DNA of 64,000 nucleotides from an uncultured bacterium (GTDB lineage Bacteria; Armatimonadota; DTGP01; CAYSAW01), in contig CAYSAW010000002.1 of the NCBI GenBank assembly GCA_964429225.1, positions 33,293 through 97,292 on the forward strand. Direction: 5' to 3'. Positions within the stretch are counted from its first letter, which is position 1. Every line of letters starts with the position of its first letter. The translations under genes and the position numbers were made by a program. The notes beneath the pieces were generated by a model, which saw only the letters and a program-made list of their open reading frames with translations, was not told where the DNA came from and did not search any database. Positions 28,132 through 38,525 of this stretch are shown here, piece by piece.

Positions 28132-29664
28132 TTGTCAACCCTAAGGTGCTGTCTTTCCATCATTGGTATTCTGTTAATGACCCTCCTTCTCCCTTCAGGC
28201 TCAAAGGGGAGGGATGGTGCTGGAGGTATAAGGAGGGTACTTTTCCCTCCCCGGCTTCCACCAGCACAAAATTCCTCTCCTGGCCCCCTTGTGGAAGATA
28301 CTCCAAAGCCTTTACTCACTTCGGAGGAGGAAGCAGAAACCCTATTCTATTGGATAGGGCGCGTCAACCTTACTCACCTTGCTCTCCTCTCTGGTATGGG
28401 AGAACCTGCTCAATTCAGTACTGAAACTCTTCGAAGGCTAACTACCCTCTTAAAGACAGAAATTCCCTCAGGTTACTCTCTACTCCAGAATGTTTATCCC
28501 TCCTCCTATCCGTTATTGGCCTCTCAACCGGTAGCAACTAAGAGAGAAAGTTGGCGATGGACACCTGCTCAATTTGAAAAGAGTTACAATCCCGAAGCCA
28601 TCGCCCTAACCATCGTGAAGTTGGCCCAACCTCAGTTCCACCTCCAATACCACGATACTCCTGAGGATCAGAAAGAAGCCATCTTGGGATTAGCCAGTGC
28701 TATGGAGATGGCAAGCTTCCTCTACAACCGCTTGCGCGATGAGAAAGGACAATTTATCGCTCTTCCGCCTCATCCGAAAGCCCCTCCTGTCCGCTACCAA
28801 TCCGTTTGCCTTTGGGCTTTTTGTGCCCTGCTCTACCTCACCCAGGAAAAACAAGACAACTACTTTCATCGGTCTGCAAAGGAGATTCTCGACGCAAAAG
28901 CCCTTAAAAAGTGGGCAGAAAGGGCTTTCCAAACCCTGAGTCAAAGGGATTTCTCTTCAGTGGAGGATTTATCTTTAGCAATAGAATCGGTCGCTTGGTT
29001 TTCAGCGGTCTCCGAGGAAGCCTCCCGAAAGAAGGCTTTAGCTTTACTCAGCACTTTCGGTGAGAAAGTTCTGAGCTTGCCAGCAAGAACTCTGCAAGCC
29101 TTAGGGTTTAAAATCTACGCCCTCTACGAAGTCTACCGAGCTACCCGACGAGAATCCTTCCAGAAAGGGGCGGATTTCCTAATCACTAAAGAGTTAGAAC
29201 AATTTTGGAGGGAGGAAGCGGGTGCTTATCTGGAAAAATCAGGGGAAACCCTTTATACCCTTTGGCAAGCTGCTAGTCTCATGATGGCCCTCAATGCTGG
29301 CCGGCAATTCGGAAGCCCAGAGGCCCGGCAATTAGCTCGCTCCCGCTTTATCACCCTAGGGGAGACGCTCTTTTTGCGCTCCGGTCTCCAACGAGCCTCC
29401 GGGGTAGAGTTAATCCCAGAGGTTTACCGCCGCGAAGTTGCTCTTTTAGAGAAAGTAGACCGTATTTTACCTCGATCGAGTGACCTTAAGGAGGCTCCGG
29501 TATTCCGGGCTGGGGTTCGCTATATCGAAGGCCGATGGCAGATTCAATCGGGGCGCTTTATTACCGCACCGGCTATGTTGCTAGCCATTGCTTTGGCACC
29601 CAAAACAGGTCTCTCCCCCGATGGTTTTTCCCCTGCTCACCGCCTGAGACCCCCCTCCCCTTAA
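28132..29664 (+). CDS. Hypothetical secreted protein (510 aa)
   Basis: N-terminal hydrophobic signal (IIGILLMTLLLPSGS). No recognisable motif. Transcribed divergently from the GT4/AlkP-membrane operon. Confidence 0.5.
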   Translation: MSTLRCCLSIIGILLMTLLLPSGSKGRDGAGGIRRVLFPPRLPPAQNSSPGPLVEDTPKPLLTSEEEAETLFYWIGRVNLTHLALLSGMGEPAQFSTETLRRLTTLLKTEIPSGYSLLQNVYPSSYPLLASQPVATKRESWRWTPAQFEKSYNPEAIALTIVKLAQPQFHLQYHDTPEDQKEAILGLASAMEMASFLYNRLRDEKGQFIALPPHPKAPPVRYQSVCLWAFCALLYLTQEKQDNYFHRSAKEILDAKALKKWAERAFQTLSQRDFSSVEDLSLAIESVAWFSAVSEEASRKKALALLSTFGEKVLSLPARTLQALGFKIYALYEVYRATRRESFQKGADFLITKELEQFWREEAGAYLEKSGETLYTLWQAASLMMALNAGRQFGSPEARQLARSRFITLGETLFLRSGLQRASGVELIPEVYRREVALLEKVDRILPRSSDLKEAPVFRAGVRYIEGRWQIQSGRFITAPAMLLAIALAPKTGLSPDGFSPAHRLRPPSP

Positions 29665-31088
29665 AATCCCTCCAAGTTTCCGAGCGGGAGAAGGCGAAGA
29701 AGCAAAATTTGCTGGGTAGCATCCTGAACCTTTACTTCTTCGGAAAGAGCAAGGCCAGGGACCCAAAGGATTTTCTCCTCATCCACAAAAATGGGGATTT
29801 TATGCCGTTCAGGACGGGGAACCTTGCAATCTACAAAGAGGTCCTGAAGCTTCTTCGTGCCGCTAAGCCCCAGAGGCCGGAGACGATCCCCCGGTCGCCA
29901 GGATCGAACCCAAAGTTGCCCCTTTACCCGGCTGTAGTCCAACCTCGCAGACCCTTCTTCCAAAAGGGGATAAGTGCTCCCCTCTTCTTTAGAGAGGAGA
30001 ATAGCTTCGATTTGGAGACGAAGCTCAGGAAGATCTGTCACCCCTGGGACCTCCAGAGGAACTTCAAAGGAAGGAGGAGTTTCCTTGCCTGTCTTTCGTA
30101 GATATAAAGCTTCGGGGCGAACCGAGACCCTTAAGGCACCTGGTAAGGTAAAAGAGGGAGAGCTGGAGGACTGAAGGGCTTCAACCAAGCGTTGAACCGA
30201 ATCCCAGGTAGGCTCAACCTCTAAGGATCGGAGGGTTTCGTAAAGAACTCGTCTTAAAAGGGCTAAATCTTTGGGCAAACCCTCCCGCTTCAGCCGAAAG
30301 GAGGAGGCATCTCCAGGCTCCAGAAGGGTGGTGAGAAAGGAGATCGCCTGAGTTTTTAGATAACGGTCCTCCTCCCGAAGAATATCTCCTAGCCGGCACA
30401 AAGCTCTTTTAATCTTTGAGTTGTACTCCGCTGAAAGTAGAGGAATCAGGTGGTGGCGAACCCGATTTCGGAGGTAAAGGGTTTGTCGGTTACTGCTGTC
30501 CTCTCGGAAACTCAGGCCGTTAGCCCGGCAATAATCCAAAACCTCAGAACGCCAAACCTCGAGAAAGGGACGAACAATCTTTACGATTGTATCACCAACT
30601 CTTCGTTCTGAAAGAGGAGGAATTCCTGCTAAGCCTCCCGGCCCGGCCCCTCTTAACAAAGCCATCAACACGGTTTCCGCTTGATCATCAGCGGTATGAG
30701 CGGTGGCAATAGTAGTAGCCCGGAATTCGATGGCGGTTCTCAGAAGGAATTCATAACGAGCATAGCGGGCAGCCTCCTGCATTGTCCAACGCTTGGCGAA
30801 ACGCAAAGCGGGAACATCTACCCGGCCAATTTGACACGGGATTCCCCAATTCCGACACAAAGTGGAGACGAACTTCGCATCCTCGTCCGCTTCTCCACCT
30901 CGAATCCCGTGATGAAGGTGGCCAACGACTAAGGAAATCCTCCATTCTTCTTGATGGGTCCATAAAAAGTGGAGAAGAGCAGTGGAGTCCGGTCCTCCTG
31001 AAACCGCGACCAAAAGCCGGTCCCCTGGAGAGATCATCTGGAATCGAGAAAGAGTTTTACAAGCTCTTTCGACGAGGGGAGGGGTCAT
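29661..31088 (-). CDS. tilS: tRNA(Ile)-lysidine synthetase
   Basis: PP-loop motif LLVAVSGGPDSTALLHFL. 475 aa with a C-terminal substrate-binding domain. Confidence 0.85.
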   Translation of the reverse strand: MTPPLVERACKTLSRFQMISPGDRLLVAVSGGPDSTALLHFLWTHQEEWRISLVVGHLHHGIRGGEADEDAKFVSTLCRNWGIPCQIGRVDVPALRFAKRWTMQEAARYARYEFLLRTAIEFRATTIATAHTADDQAETVLMALLRGAGPGGLAGIPPLSERRVGDTIVKIVRPFLEVWRSEVLDYCRANGLSFREDSSNRQTLYLRNRVRHHLIPLLSAEYNSKIKRALCRLGDILREEDRYLKTQAISFLTTLLEPGDASSFRLKREGLPKDLALLRRVLYETLRSLEVEPTWDSVQRLVEALQSSSSPSFTLPGALRVSVRPEALYLRKTGKETPPSFEVPLEVPGVTDLPELRLQIEAILLSKEEGSTYPLLEEGSARLDYSRVKGQLWVRSWRPGDRLRPLGLSGTKKLQDLFVDCKVPRPERHKIPIFVDEEKILWVPGLALSEEVKVQDATQQILLLRLLPLGNLEGF

Positions 31089-31103
31089 AGATAATAAAGG
31101 AGG

Positions 31104-31451
31104 CTATTCTTTTTTGGCTTCCGCAGGTTGAGCTTCTGCCCTACGCTCCCCCCTCTCCCTCCGGGGTCGAGCCGCCTTCTCCGGTCGTTCGACCTGAGGA
31201 AGCCCTGCGTGAATAGCTTGATCCACTTCGTCAGCGGTAAAAAGGCCTCTGCGGATGCCTTCAAAAACGTATTTCCAATCCCAATCCTGCTCCCTGCGGA
31301 ATTTAAACCCCGCAACAGGCTCCATTTTAGGTCCAAAACGATGGATAAAATCTAAAACATTCATCTGATGCTGAAAATTGTAAATCTGTTCTCTTAACTC
31401 CTGTAGGGACTTCGCCCCATTGGGACAGTTTTTAATATCCCAAGCCCCCAT
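31104..31451 (-). CDS. Hypothetical small protein (115 aa) with a highly charged C-terminal tail
   Basis: ORF directly downstream of tilS. C-terminus RPEKAARPRRERGERRAEAQPAEAKKE. No family assignment. Confidence 0.4.
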   Translation of the reverse strand: MGAWDIKNCPNGAKSLQELREQIYNFQHQMNVLDFIHRFGPKMEPVAGFKFRREQDWDWKYVFEGIRRGLFTADEVDQAIHAGLPQVERPEKAARPRRERGERRAEAQPAEAKKE

Positions 31452-31641
31452 CCTTTTCTCCTTCTTTTTTAAGAGTTACACTGGAGACTACGAACCTTTG
31501 CCATCCTAATGATAGCACGAAACAACCTTTATTGAGGAGAGAAACTGCAAAGCTGTCCGAAGACGACTGCTTTCCGGAAAGCCCAAAAAGGACCTTAATC
31601 ATATCCAAGTAAACGGATATTCCTAAGAGGAAATCAAACCC

Positions 31642-32352
31642 TTAAAGTCCTTTGTGAACAACGTAAAGAGCTGCTTGCGTCCGGTCACTAACGCCAATTT
31701 TTCGGTAGATTTTATACAAATGCATTTTAACGGTTCCGATGGTAATCCCTAATCGTTTTGCGATCTCCTTGTTGGACCTGCCCTCTGCAATCAGGCGGAG
31801 AATTTCGACTTCGCGCTCGGTAAGGCCGTCGGGAAAGGGTTGTCTCTCCTGCTGTCTCTGCTGAAGTTGTACATACTGATGCACCACTGCCCGCAAGAGA
31901 ACCGGATCAATAAGACAACCATTTCGAGCGACTTGACGAATGGCCTCCACCATTTGGTCCCGGCGGACATCTTTAAGGATGTACCCATCTGCTCCGGCCA
32001 TAATAGCCCGTTGAAGGTACTCCTCATCCCCAAAGAGAGTAACCATCAACACTTTAATCTCGGGCATTTCTGCTTTGAGCAGCTGGGTTGCGGTAATCCC
32101 GTCCATCTCGGGCATTTTTAAGTCCATTAAAACCACATCAGGGTGGAGTTTGGGGGCCAGTTCTAAAGCCTCTTTCCCTGTAGCGGCGACACCCACCACT
32201 TCCAAATCCTCTTCCATCTTCAAAGCCTCGGCCAAGGCCTCCCGGAATAGGGTTTGGTCATCCACAACCAAAACCCGGATCCGGGAAGACAAGGCCGAAT
32301 TATTTGGAGTTCCCAAAGCCTTAGGTTGAGAGACCGCCATCTTTCTTTTCAC
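31642..32352 (-). CDS. Two-component response regulator, NarL/LuxR family
   Basis: Receiver domain VLVVDDQTLFREALAEAL...DVVLMDLKMPEMDG. C-terminal LuxR HTH LTEREVEILRLIAEGRSNKEIAKRLGITIGTVKMH. Confidence 0.88.
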   Translation of the reverse strand: MKRKMAVSQPKALGTPNNSALSSRIRVLVVDDQTLFREALAEALKMEEDLEVVGVAATGKEALELAPKLHPDVVLMDLKMPEMDGITATQLLKAEMPEIKVLMVTLFGDEEYLQRAIMAGADGYILKDVRRDQMVEAIRQVARNGCLIDPVLLRAVVHQYVQLQQRQQERQPFPDGLTEREVEILRLIAEGRSNKEIAKRLGITIGTVKMHLYKIYRKIGVSDRTQAALYVVHKGL

Positions 32353-33572
32353 CCCCTTGCGGGGGATTCAAAGGAGGAAACCTCTCTCCACTGATTCACC
32401 TGGAGGGGAGCGGAGAGGGTAATTTTTGTCCCCTTACCCGGGGCACTATCAATAATGAGGGATCCTCCGAGCATCTCAGCACGTTCTCGCATTCCCAGAA
32501 GCCCAAATTGTAAGGGGCGTCCGCTGTTCTGAAGCCCTTTAGGGTCAAAACCTTTGCCATCATCCGCAACAACGATCTTCACTAAATCCTCTTTAAACTT
32601 CATCTTCACCCGAACCTGGGTTGCTTGGGCGTGTTTCCGCACATTATTTAAGCACTCTTGAACAATCCGGAAGAGCATCGTAGCAGTACGCCAGTCCGGC
32701 TCCACAACTTTTCCCTTGACTTCAAACCGCCCTTGGAGTCCAGTAGACTCCAGAAACTCCCGGAAATATTGCTTCAGGGCGGAAACCAAACCAATATCGT
32801 CTAAGCCCGGAGGGCGTAAATCATTAATTAATCGGCGAAGTTCGGCGATATTAGCCCTTAGAGCTTCCTCCACCTCCTCCAGCTTTCGGGCGGCGGTCTG
32901 AGGGTCTTTCTCAAAAAGAAGCCGGCAAGTTTGCAAAGTCAGCAGAACCGCCGACATACTCTGGGTAGGCCCATCATGGATTTCGATAGAGATCCGCCGC
33001 CGTTCATCCTCCTGGGCGGTAATAATCTGAGCCAGCAATTGATTTTGACGCTGGTTCATCTCCGCCAGAAGCCGATTCCGCTCGATAATCTCCCTCTCCC
33101 GAGCTTCAAAGTAGGCTGAAGCGATAATCGCAAAATCGTTGTGGAGGAGAGCATCTAAACTCATCAGTATCTCTAAGGCTTCCTCGGGACTCTCAATCTC
33201 CTTAGTGATATAGGGTAGGTAAGCGTCCTCGAGGAGATGAACCCAAGCGGTGAGGCTTTCATAAGAAACTTGGCGAGCGACAAACTCCCGGGCCGCCTGA
33301 GCAATCTGACGGTAATATTGATCTAAGGGAAGCTCACTCAAAGACCCTATCAACAAATCATATTCCCTTCGAGAACACTGAAGGACCTGCACCTCCTCAG
33401 GAGCAAGGTGTTTTCGGGCAAAGGCCCGGTATTCCCGCTCCCATTGATCAATTGCCGCCGGAGCGTAGCGATTAAGACGGCATGCAATCTCCCGAATTTG
33501 CTTTTCTACTTCCGGCTCTAAATCCAGGACTCCTGTTTCAATCATAGCAACCAGCGTATCCTGCACCTTCAA
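32349..33572 (-). CDS. Sensor histidine kinase (HisKA_3 / NarX-LiaS type), apparently cytoplasmic
   Basis: H-box ITAQEDERRRISIEIHDGPTQ. HATPase_c motifs (VADDGKGFDP, GLLGMRERAEMLGG). No TM segment in the ~190-aa N-terminal region. 4-bp overlap with the response-regulator gene. Confidence 0.85.
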   Translation of the reverse strand: MKVQDTLVAMIETGVLDLEPEVEKQIREIACRLNRYAPAAIDQWEREYRAFARKHLAPEEVQVLQCSRREYDLLIGSLSELPLDQYYRQIAQAAREFVARQVSYESLTAWVHLLEDAYLPYITKEIESPEEALEILMSLDALLHNDFAIIASAYFEAREREIIERNRLLAEMNQRQNQLLAQIITAQEDERRRISIEIHDGPTQSMSAVLLTLQTCRLLFEKDPQTAARKLEEVEEALRANIAELRRLINDLRPPGLDDIGLVSALKQYFREFLESTGLQGRFEVKGKVVEPDWRTATMLFRIVQECLNNVRKHAQATQVRVKMKFKEDLVKIVVADDGKGFDPKGLQNSGRPLQFGLLGMRERAEMLGGSLIIDSAPGKGTKITLSAPLQVNQWREVSSFESPARG

Positions 33573-33642
33573 GAAGCTCCTAAAGGAGGAGTCTTGGCAA
33601 ACTTCCTCCTTTCATATCTGTTATATCACAAAAACCCCCTGT

Positions 33643-34191
33643 TTAGGGAGATCCCTCCTGGGAAGCCCAAAATCGCTCGAACTCCTTGAGGAAAGTAAGG
33701 GTAGAAAGATCCTTCATTCGATCCAGAAAAACAATCCCATCTAGGTGGTCAATTTCATGTTGAAGCACTCGGGCGAAGAAGTGATGGGCTTCGATTTCGA
33801 CCTCTTTCCCCTCCCGGTCCAAACCCCGGACCACTACCGAAACAGCTCGGGGGACCACTCCTCTTAAATCAGGAATGCTTAAACATCCCTCCCAGCCCAT
33901 CTCCTGCTCCTCCGAGGCAAAAACGATCTCAGGGTTCACTAGGACCGTAAGGGGCACATATCCCTGCTGAGGATAACGAGGATTATCCGGTCGTACCTCG
34001 ACGACAATGACCCTGAAAGGAATATGAACCTGGGGGGCGGCAAGGCCAACCCCCTCCGCATCCTGCATCGTCTCTACCATACTCTCAATCAAATTTTGGA
34101 TTTCCGAAGACTTCAGGAGATTTTCAGCAAGGGGTTGAGCCTTCTGACGAAGAACAGGGTGACCCAATCGAGCGATCTTCAGCAAAGCCAT
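33643..34191 (-). CDS. def: Peptide deformylase
   Basis: Motifs GVGLAAPQV, EGCLSIPD and HEIDHLDG, the three conserved Def motifs. Confidence 0.92.
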   Translation of the reverse strand: MALLKIARLGHPVLRQKAQPLAENLLKSSEIQNLIESMVETMQDAEGVGLAAPQVHIPFRVIVVEVRPDNPRYPQQGYVPLTVLVNPEIVFASEEQEMGWEGCLSIPDLRGVVPRAVSVVVRGLDREGKEVEIEAHHFFARVLQHEIDHLDGIVFLDRMKDLSTLTFLKEFERFWASQEGSP

Positions 34192-34203
34192 AGAGATACC
34201 TCT

Positions 34204-35646
34204 TTAAAAAGATGGGGAAATAGCCTCAGCGGTGCTAGAAGGGGTACGCCGGGCAACTCCCTCCTTTTGCGCTGAAGCAACTACAGCCCCCGCGACTGCG
34301 AGAGCCACCTCCCGGTTAAAGACACTGGGAACAATATATTCTGGGTCCAATTCATCAGGCCGAACAATATCGGCAATCGCCTGAGCAGCAGCGATCTTCA
34401 TCCCTTCGGTAACTTTAGAGGCCCGCGCTTCGAGCAAACCACGGAAGAAACCCGGGAAACAGAGGACATTATTAATCTGGTTCGGGTAATCCGAACGACC
34501 TGTAGCCACCACTCGGGCATAGGGCGCTGCTTCCTCCGGAAGAACCTCGGGCACGGGATTCGCCAGAGCGAATACGATAGCATCCGGAGCCATCACCTTC
34601 AGATCCTCGCCTTTTAAAAGCCGCGGTCCAGACACTCCGAGGAAGAGATCCGCTCCGATGAGAGCTTCTTTAAGCGTTCCCTGGCGATTCTCCGGGTTGG
34701 TATTTTCTGCCAACCACTGTTTGATGCCTGAAAGATGGGGCCTTCCCCGATAGAGGATTCCTTGGCGATCGCAAACGTAAATCTGTTGGATTCCTAAGTT
34801 AAGAAACATCCTAACACAAGCAACCCCTGCGGCTCCGGCACCACTAACCGCAATCCTTAAGTCCTCCATCTTCTTCCCTACAATCTTTAAGGCGTTCATC
34901 AAAGCAGCCATCACCACCACTGCGGTTCCGTGTTGATCATCATGAAAAACGGGGATATCCAACTCTTTTGTTAGACGATCCTCAATTTCAAAACACCGGG
35001 GGGCAGAAATATCCTCCAGGTTGATCCCTCCAAAAACCGGGGCCAAACGCTTCACCGTTTCAACAATCTCCTCCACATTCTTCGTGTTCAGGCAAAGGGG
35101 AAAAGCATTCACCCCTCCAAACTCTTTAAACAACAAAGCCTTGCCCTCCATCACCGGTAGCGCCGCTTCCGGCCCGATATCCCCTAATCCTAACACAGCG
35201 GTGCCATCCGTAACCACAGCAACCGTGTTACGCTTAATGGTAAGGTTGAAAACTTTGGTCGGATCCTGATAAATCGCTTGACAAACCCGGGCCACACCAG
35301 GAGTATAAGCCATCGAGAGATCATCTCGAGTCTTTAGGGGCACCTTAGAGACAACCTCAATCTTGCCTCCTAAATGGATTAAAAAAACGCGGTCTGAAAC
35401 GTGAAGAACTTCTACCCCTTCCACCTGGCGCACCGCTTCGATAATCTGCTGTTCATGCTCTTGGTCTCGAGCGTTAATGGTAAAATCCCGGATAATAAAA
35501 CCTTTGGAGATGTCTACAATGTCAATAGCATTAATGTCTCCGCCCGCTTCTCCAATAGCAGTGGTAACTCGGCCCAACATCCCAGGCATATTTTTATATT
35601 TGGCCCGGAGAGTGATGCGATAACCTGCACTGGGTAAAGGTAACAT
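34204..35646 (-). CDS. NAD(P)-dependent malic enzyme with N-terminal ACT regulatory domain
   Basis: N-terminal ACT-like segment (MPGMLGRVTTAIGEAGGDINAIDIV). Then malic-enzyme core (LSMAYTPGVARVCQAI...VVTDGTAVLGLGDIGPEAALPVMEGKALLFKEFGGV) and NAD-binding GAGAAG. Confidence 0.85.
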   Translation of the reverse strand: MLPLPSAGYRITLRAKYKNMPGMLGRVTTAIGEAGGDINAIDIVDISKGFIIRDFTINARDQEHEQQIIEAVRQVEGVEVLHVSDRVFLIHLGGKIEVVSKVPLKTRDDLSMAYTPGVARVCQAIYQDPTKVFNLTIKRNTVAVVTDGTAVLGLGDIGPEAALPVMEGKALLFKEFGGVNAFPLCLNTKNVEEIVETVKRLAPVFGGINLEDISAPRCFEIEDRLTKELDIPVFHDDQHGTAVVVMAALMNALKIVGKKMEDLRIAVSGAGAAGVACVRMFLNLGIQQIYVCDRQGILYRGRPHLSGIKQWLAENTNPENRQGTLKEALIGADLFLGVSGPRLLKGEDLKVMAPDAIVFALANPVPEVLPEEAAPYARVVATGRSDYPNQINNVLCFPGFFRGLLEARASKVTEGMKIAAAQAIADIVRPDELDPEYIVPSVFNREVALAVAGAVVASAQKEGVARRTPSSTAEAISPSF

Positions 35647-35673
35647 AAAATCCTCCTTCTTCCCACCCTAACC

Positions 35674-36060
35674 CTACTCAATCGGTTTACGGCCAGCATA
35701 ACCCGACTGCAAATCATGCCAAAAAGCCACCTGCTCTTCGCCCAGTTCCCAACAGAGAAAGACCTCACGCCCCTTATAAAGGGCCGGAAAGTCCACTAAA
35801 CCGCGCTGGAGGTCTTTGCAAAAAGCTCCCATCTTATGGATCTGACTCACCAAGGAGTAGATCTGGGAACTCTTATCAAAGAATCCTCTGATCTTCTCGC
35901 CTCCACCGTTGCCCCAAATAGCCTTCTGAATCTGCTCCAGATTCTCCCGGGAGAGATCCATACTTCCCAGGATCTGATGGATCTCTTTGAAAATCTCACG
36001 AAGTCGGGGGAGGAGGCGGTTCGCCTCCTCCACAGTAAAGTGCTTCCTAAAGATCGGCAT
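35674..36060 (-). CDS. DUF2203-like small protein
   Basis: N-terminus MPIFRKHFTVEEANRLLPRLREIF and C-terminal CWELGEEQVAFWH resemble the DUF2203 family. From memory only. Confidence 0.45.
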   Translation of the reverse strand: MPIFRKHFTVEEANRLLPRLREIFKEIHQILGSMDLSRENLEQIQKAIWGNGGGEKIRGFFDKSSQIYSLVSQIHKMGAFCKDLQRGLVDFPALYKGREVFLCWELGEEQVAFWHDLQSGYAGRKPIE

Positions 36061-36103
36061 CGCTAACCCCTGTTCTACTCTCCTAGATTCCTTTGACCCT
36101 CCC

Positions 36104-37171
36104 TCAAGGTTTTAGAGGCACGGGTGTTTTTTCGCCTTCCATTAACCACAAAGGTTGGCTCCAAGCAAAAGCTCCCTTAGACCCTTCCGCCTCCACCCGG
36201 ATATAACCCTCATCCCCTCTAACAGCGTACTCAGCACCATTCCCCTCCTCCACCTTCAGCTCGCGCCCCCAACGACCGATAAACCGAATACGTTGCCCAT
36301 TAGAAGTGACCACTCTTAAAGTCGAGTCTCGATATTCGAGCAGTGTAAAGTAAACCCCTGTTGAAGAGTAAAAACTTCCTTGTTGAATGGCCAAAAGGAT
36401 CTGCGAGGGATGAGGAGGGCCACTGAAGTTAGGCTCCAAGCCTACCATAATCCAACCCTGCCCTATATCCTCCCAGCGATGGGCGTCATCGGTAGCAAAT
36501 CCCCAAACCAGCCGACCCTCCGAAAGTAACTGATCCCATCGGTCCAAGGCATAAGGAGTCCCCTCTAACCGCCGAATAACCCCATTAAAAATTTCTATAC
36601 CCCAATATCCCTCCAAAGAGAACATATCGGGAAGGGGAAAATGGTTAAAATGAGTCTGCCATTTCGGATGATTAAGGATGGCAATACCTCCCTGCCTCTG
36701 AACTTGGTTGATGACCTCCTGACGATCTTTCGTTTTCTCTAAAGGTGAAGAAAGCCCCACACAGAGGATATGAGCTCCTCCTCCTGCTTCCAAGGCAGGA
36801 ATCAGAATCACGGGAGTACGATGGAGGACCTCCTGGGGATCCGTAAGGTGATCATGGTCGGAAAGAGCCAGAAAATCGTACCCTCGCTCCGCATAAAGAC
36901 GAACAAGATCCTCCGGAGCGTAAGCCCCATCGCTGTTAGTAGTATGGCTGTGAAGGTTACCCCGGTACCAACGCCTTCGGAGATGAGTCCAAGGTCCGAA
37001 AGAAACCTCCATTGAAGGAATCCACTCCTCAGAGAAATATTCAAATAGGGGTTCTGTTATCCCCGATAATCTTTTCCCTGAGAGCCTAGCGTATCCTTTA
37101 GAAAACACTGATGAAACTTCTTGTTCTTTGCTGTCGTCTAACATACGGAAAGTGAAATTCCTCCCTTGCAT
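36104..37171 (-). CDS. PHP-domain metallohydrolase (CehA/McbA-like)
   Basis: GNLHSHTTNSDGAYAPEDLV...GYDFLALSDHDH, PHP-domain His/Asp metal ligands. 355 aa. Confidence 0.75.
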   Translation of the reverse strand: MQGRNFTFRMLDDSKEQEVSSVFSKGYARLSGKRLSGITEPLFEYFSEEWIPSMEVSFGPWTHLRRRWYRGNLHSHTTNSDGAYAPEDLVRLYAERGYDFLALSDHDHLTDPQEVLHRTPVILIPALEAGGGAHILCVGLSSPLEKTKDRQEVINQVQRQGGIAILNHPKWQTHFNHFPLPDMFSLEGYWGIEIFNGVIRRLEGTPYALDRWDQLLSEGRLVWGFATDDAHRWEDIGQGWIMVGLEPNFSGPPHPSQILLAIQQGSFYSSTGVYFTLLEYRDSTLRVVTSNGQRIRFIGRWGRELKVEEGNGAEYAVRGDEGYIRVEAEGSKGAFAWSQPLWLMEGEKTPVPLKP

Positions 37172-37259
37172 TCTCGAAAACCTTCAAGGGGAGGCTTTTT
37201 GCATTAGAACCTTCTACCTCCGAGGGGCCATTCATCTCGCTCCACTACCGGGTTACTCG

Positions 37260-38525
37260 ATGATGAAGAACCACTCTCTTTTGCACAAGCGAACCAAAGG
37301 CTCTGCCCTCATCATCGCGATTTTTGTACTCGTCGTGCTTGTTGGATTGGTTGTTTCTCTAGGAGCGGGAAGCCGGGTTGAATTGAAGTCCGCTTCCAAT
37401 TTCGCTAATCGAACTCAAAGCCGAGCCTTGGCAGAAGCCGGCCTTAACCTGGCTATGGCTGTCCTCCAAAACGACTCCACTCCTGGTCAGGATGACTTAA
37501 CAGAAGATTGGGCTTTACTAGGGTCCTCGGGCACTGAAGTCTTCGATTTAGGGAATGGACACTTCCAAGTACAGATTATTGACGCGAGTTCGCGTTTAAA
37601 CGTGAACACCGCTACCCGGGAGCAACTCTTGACTCTGCCCGGGATGACCGAAGAGATCGCCGACTCTATCCTCGATTGGAGGGACAGTGACGACAACCCT
37701 CGCACCAATGGGGCTGAAGGTGAGTACTACCAAACCCTTCAGCATCCTTATAATCCCAAGAACGGGCCTTTTGACACCTTAGAAGAACTCCTTTTGGTTA
37801 AAGGGATGACCCCCTCTCTCCTCTACGGTGATCCAACGGAAGAGGTAACGGATACCTTTGGTCAGATTCAAAAACCTCTGGTAGAACTATTAACAGTCCG
37901 CTCCTACGAACGCAACGAAGATTCTTCCGGGCAAAGAAGACAAAACTTAAATAGCCTGGGGTTACAAGAACTGATGAGTCTACCCGACGCCAATCTTACC
38001 CAAGAACAAGCCCAGGCGATTATCCAACGACGAACACAAATCGGGCAATTCAACTCGGTAGCAGATCTATTAGACGTCAATGGATTAACTCCTGAAATTG
38101 TTGGCCGACTTTATGACCATCTTACCACAACCCAAGCAGAACGCCTAGAAGGGAGAATCAACATCAATACTGCGGATACGACTATTCTCTTAACCCTTCC
38201 TGGAATGACCGAAGAGATCGCCCAACAGATCGTTGATCGGAGGCCTTATGCCAATGTTGGCGAATTATTAACTGAGGGAGTGTTAAATGGCGAACAATTT
38301 CGACAAATAGCCCCTTGGCTTTGCACTAAATCTTCGATCTTTATTATTCGGAGCATCGGGTATCTTTCTACCACTTCAACCCCTTCGGGTAGGCCGGAGG
38401 GGTATGTTGCGCTAGAAGCCCTGGTGGAACGAACCGATAACGGGGTCCGGCTCCTCCGCAAAAAGGAGGTCCGCTGGTGGCCTGGTTGGAAATCTTGGGG
38501 CTGGGGTTTAGAGGGATCAACGTGA
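37260..38525 (+). CDS. GspK-like minor pseudopilin (type II secretion / type IV pilus system protein K)
   Basis: N-terminus KGSALIIAIFVLVVLVGLVVSL (GspK-type prepilin-like segment). Two helix-hairpin-helix-like repeats (LNVNTATREQLLTLPGMTEEIADSI... and ININTADTTILLTLPGMTEEIAQQI...). The track ORF starts at 37128, but the family N-terminus begins at MMKNHS. Confidence 0.7.
   Translation: MMKNHSLLHKRTKGSALIIAIFVLVVLVGLVVSLGAGSRVELKSASNFANRTQSRALAEAGLNLAMAVLQNDSTPGQDDLTEDWALLGSSGTEVFDLGNGHFQVQIIDASSRLNVNTATREQLLTLPGMTEEIADSILDWRDSDDNPRTNGAEGEYYQTLQHPYNPKNGPFDTLEELLLVKGMTPSLLYGDPTEEVTDTFGQIQKPLVELLTVRSYERNEDSSGQRRQNLNSLGLQELMSLPDANLTQEQAQAIIQRRTQIGQFNSVADLLDVNGLTPEIVGRLYDHLTTTQAERLEGRININTADTTILLTLPGMTEEIAQQIVDRRPYANVGELLTEGVLNGEQFRQIAPWLCTKSSIFIIRSIGYLSTTSTPSGRPEGYVALEALVERTDNGVRLLRKKEVRWWPGWKSWGWGLEGST

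Noticed and set aside
37128-37259. Upstream extension of the gspK-like ORF, which would overlap the PHP-domain gene start.
   Set aside because: The pseudopilin-type N-terminus begins at MMKNHS...KGSALIIAIFVLVV. The upstream residues carry no signal and overlap the divergent gene.
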